A stretch of 64,000 nt of DNA from assembly GCF_964204645.1 (NCBI RefSeq), contig NC_134026.1, forward strand, positions 6,471,950-6,535,949, written 5' to 3'. Source of the stretch: Tubulanus polymorphus. Lineage: Eukaryota > Animalia > Nemertea. The notes beneath the pieces were generated by a model. That model searched no databases and was not told where the DNA came from. It saw only the letters and a program-made list of their open reading frames with translations. The position numbers were made by a program, and so were the translations under genes. The stretch's first letter is position 1, and each line of letters begins with the position of its first letter. Below, in pieces: positions 62,203-64,000 of the stretch.

Positions 62203-64000
62203 GAGTGTCGTTTGCTCAAAAGTATTTCCCCCGATGCATTTCTCTTGGTTACCAGTGGTTATCTCAGATCCTTGTGGGGGGGGGGGGGGGTATGGGGAGC
62301 ACTGACTGGTCATTGGTCGGTAAGTACTGTTTGACAGTGCGATATTGTTTGTTATTCAGTAGTTATGACAGGAGGTGCTGTCCCGCTATCGTTGGCTACT
62401 GAAGAATCTCGTTCAGTTCCCGCCGACAATCTGAGAATATCACCAGTCATCCTCGACTGTAAATCTTCCGTCAGACGAATTTCACGCAGATGATTTCGCC
62501 TGAAACAGATTCGGAGAAAAAAGCGTGTATTTCATAAACGTATGCGAAGATAGAGAAAGTACAGTCAACCCCCGATATTCTGAAGCTCTTATGAAAACAA
62601 ATGCAAATATATAACAGAACCACTGAAACTGATGGATCCGTCAATGTTCGGGCTAAAAACTAAGATGATCTATCTATGCGTAAATGTGTTGCTCGTGGTA
62701 GAAACTGAGTCAAAAGTAGCCGTATTTTTGTTATCAAATTGATTTCCCAAACGACCACTTATAACACAAAGCGAACAGTCGGTGGTAGGATCAGCTTCAC
62801 TAATAACTCATCACCAAACATCAATTCATCAGCGATGAAAAAAAGAATTCATTATTCATCGGCAAAAAACATAAAACATTATCAGCGATCTTTAATGAAA
62901 TTCGAATATACACAATGTATAGAAGAAGTGATTTAAAAGATTTGAAGTGCCAGGCTGTCTGATTCCACGCTTTCTCGGGAAATCAAGTCAGTTCAGATCA
63001 AACGAATGGGTTTGGCAAGGTTACACTTTTTTCATCGATAATTTCCTTTTAAGAACTGCATCAGAGAACTGCCGGTCTATTGTAAACAACCTTATCTTGT
63101 AGGATTCAACTTTATACGAAATGCGGATGAAAGCTTCGTATGTAAATCAGGGATGAGATAAACGGGGAAAACTATTGTCACCACAATGGGCAGACGAACA
63201 GTGCACATCGGTCTCGAGACCTTTCCAAACTCCAACTGTTCGCAAAATCCCAACGGAATGAACTACAAACAAGGAGAAAATGACGTTCTCTCATAGGCTG
63301 TCTCTCTCCGCGGGATCGTCTGCTTTGGCTAATTACACCATCAAAGTATAATATTCATTATTTTCTCTGTGTTGCAGGTATCTCTTAAAGTTGAACTAAA
63401 TGAGACAGACCTACGACAGCGCGCTAGTCGAAAAATGAAAAATGAGATTCAGTGTATTTCTCTCGCGAGCGCGTATAGAACCCATCTAGATCTTTTATCA
63501 CCGAATTCCCCTCTGAGGCGGAATTGAAAAGACCGCATTAACCTCTGTCGCGCTTGAGGCGCAATTCTTCTCTGATTTTTTTCGGTGATTGAATAAGAAA
63601 ATGAGTGGCGGGCTATACGCACAATTAGGTCCGCGAGAATTATTACACCGTAGTTGCCGTTGCAGAAGCTAATCAACTATCGATTTGTATTGATTGACGT
63701 CAGGTCAAAAATCAATCCTTCGGTGGGAGTCTTCACTTATAACACAGTCTAATCTTGAGTCACGCGTCACGTTGAGAGCTTTGTTTTAACTTTGGACGTC
63801 ATCACCGGACTTACATAAGCTATGTTTATACCCTGTTCACTAATCACATTTACCAGTCAGTTCCACACGGGTTCCGACATAAGTTTTGACTGAAGGTCGG
63901 CTATATTTCAAAATAGAACTAATTTTAATCGTTTTTTTTTTTACTTTGTCTGTCGTTATCATCGTTGACCGATTCTCTCAAATCTTACCTGGATATATTT

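Overview
Eukaryotic, AT-rich animal DNA with GT-AG introns. The gene families suggest a lophotrochozoan-type invertebrate (inference). Host genes rebuilt by hand from splice sites and reading phase: (1) the large coding exon of an EP4-like prostanoid GPCR (minus strand, runs off the left edge); (2) a single-exon peptide-type class A GPCR broken by a frameshift at a 16-bp direct repeat; (3) a 5-exon, 216-aa secreted protein of unknown function; (4) a 4-exon neuronal calcium sensor (NCS/neurocalcin family). The most striking object is a 7.35-kb DNA transposon at 11166-18518. It has a perfect 6-bp TSD (GGATTG), TAT...ATA ends and about 600-bp inverted arms built from palindromic GCGCAAAAAC modules. 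It carries an intact 9-exon, 383-aa IS3-type (IS3EU-like) DDE transposase and a convergent, spliced but 5'-deleted HECT E3 ubiquitin-ligase gene. Also present: a second IS3EU-like MITE with a 6-bp TSD, two copies of a 34-35-bp palindromic micro-element with 7-bp TSDs, scattered hammerhead-like motifs, other MITEs, and mini- and microsatellites. All calls come from reading the sequence; no database search was run.
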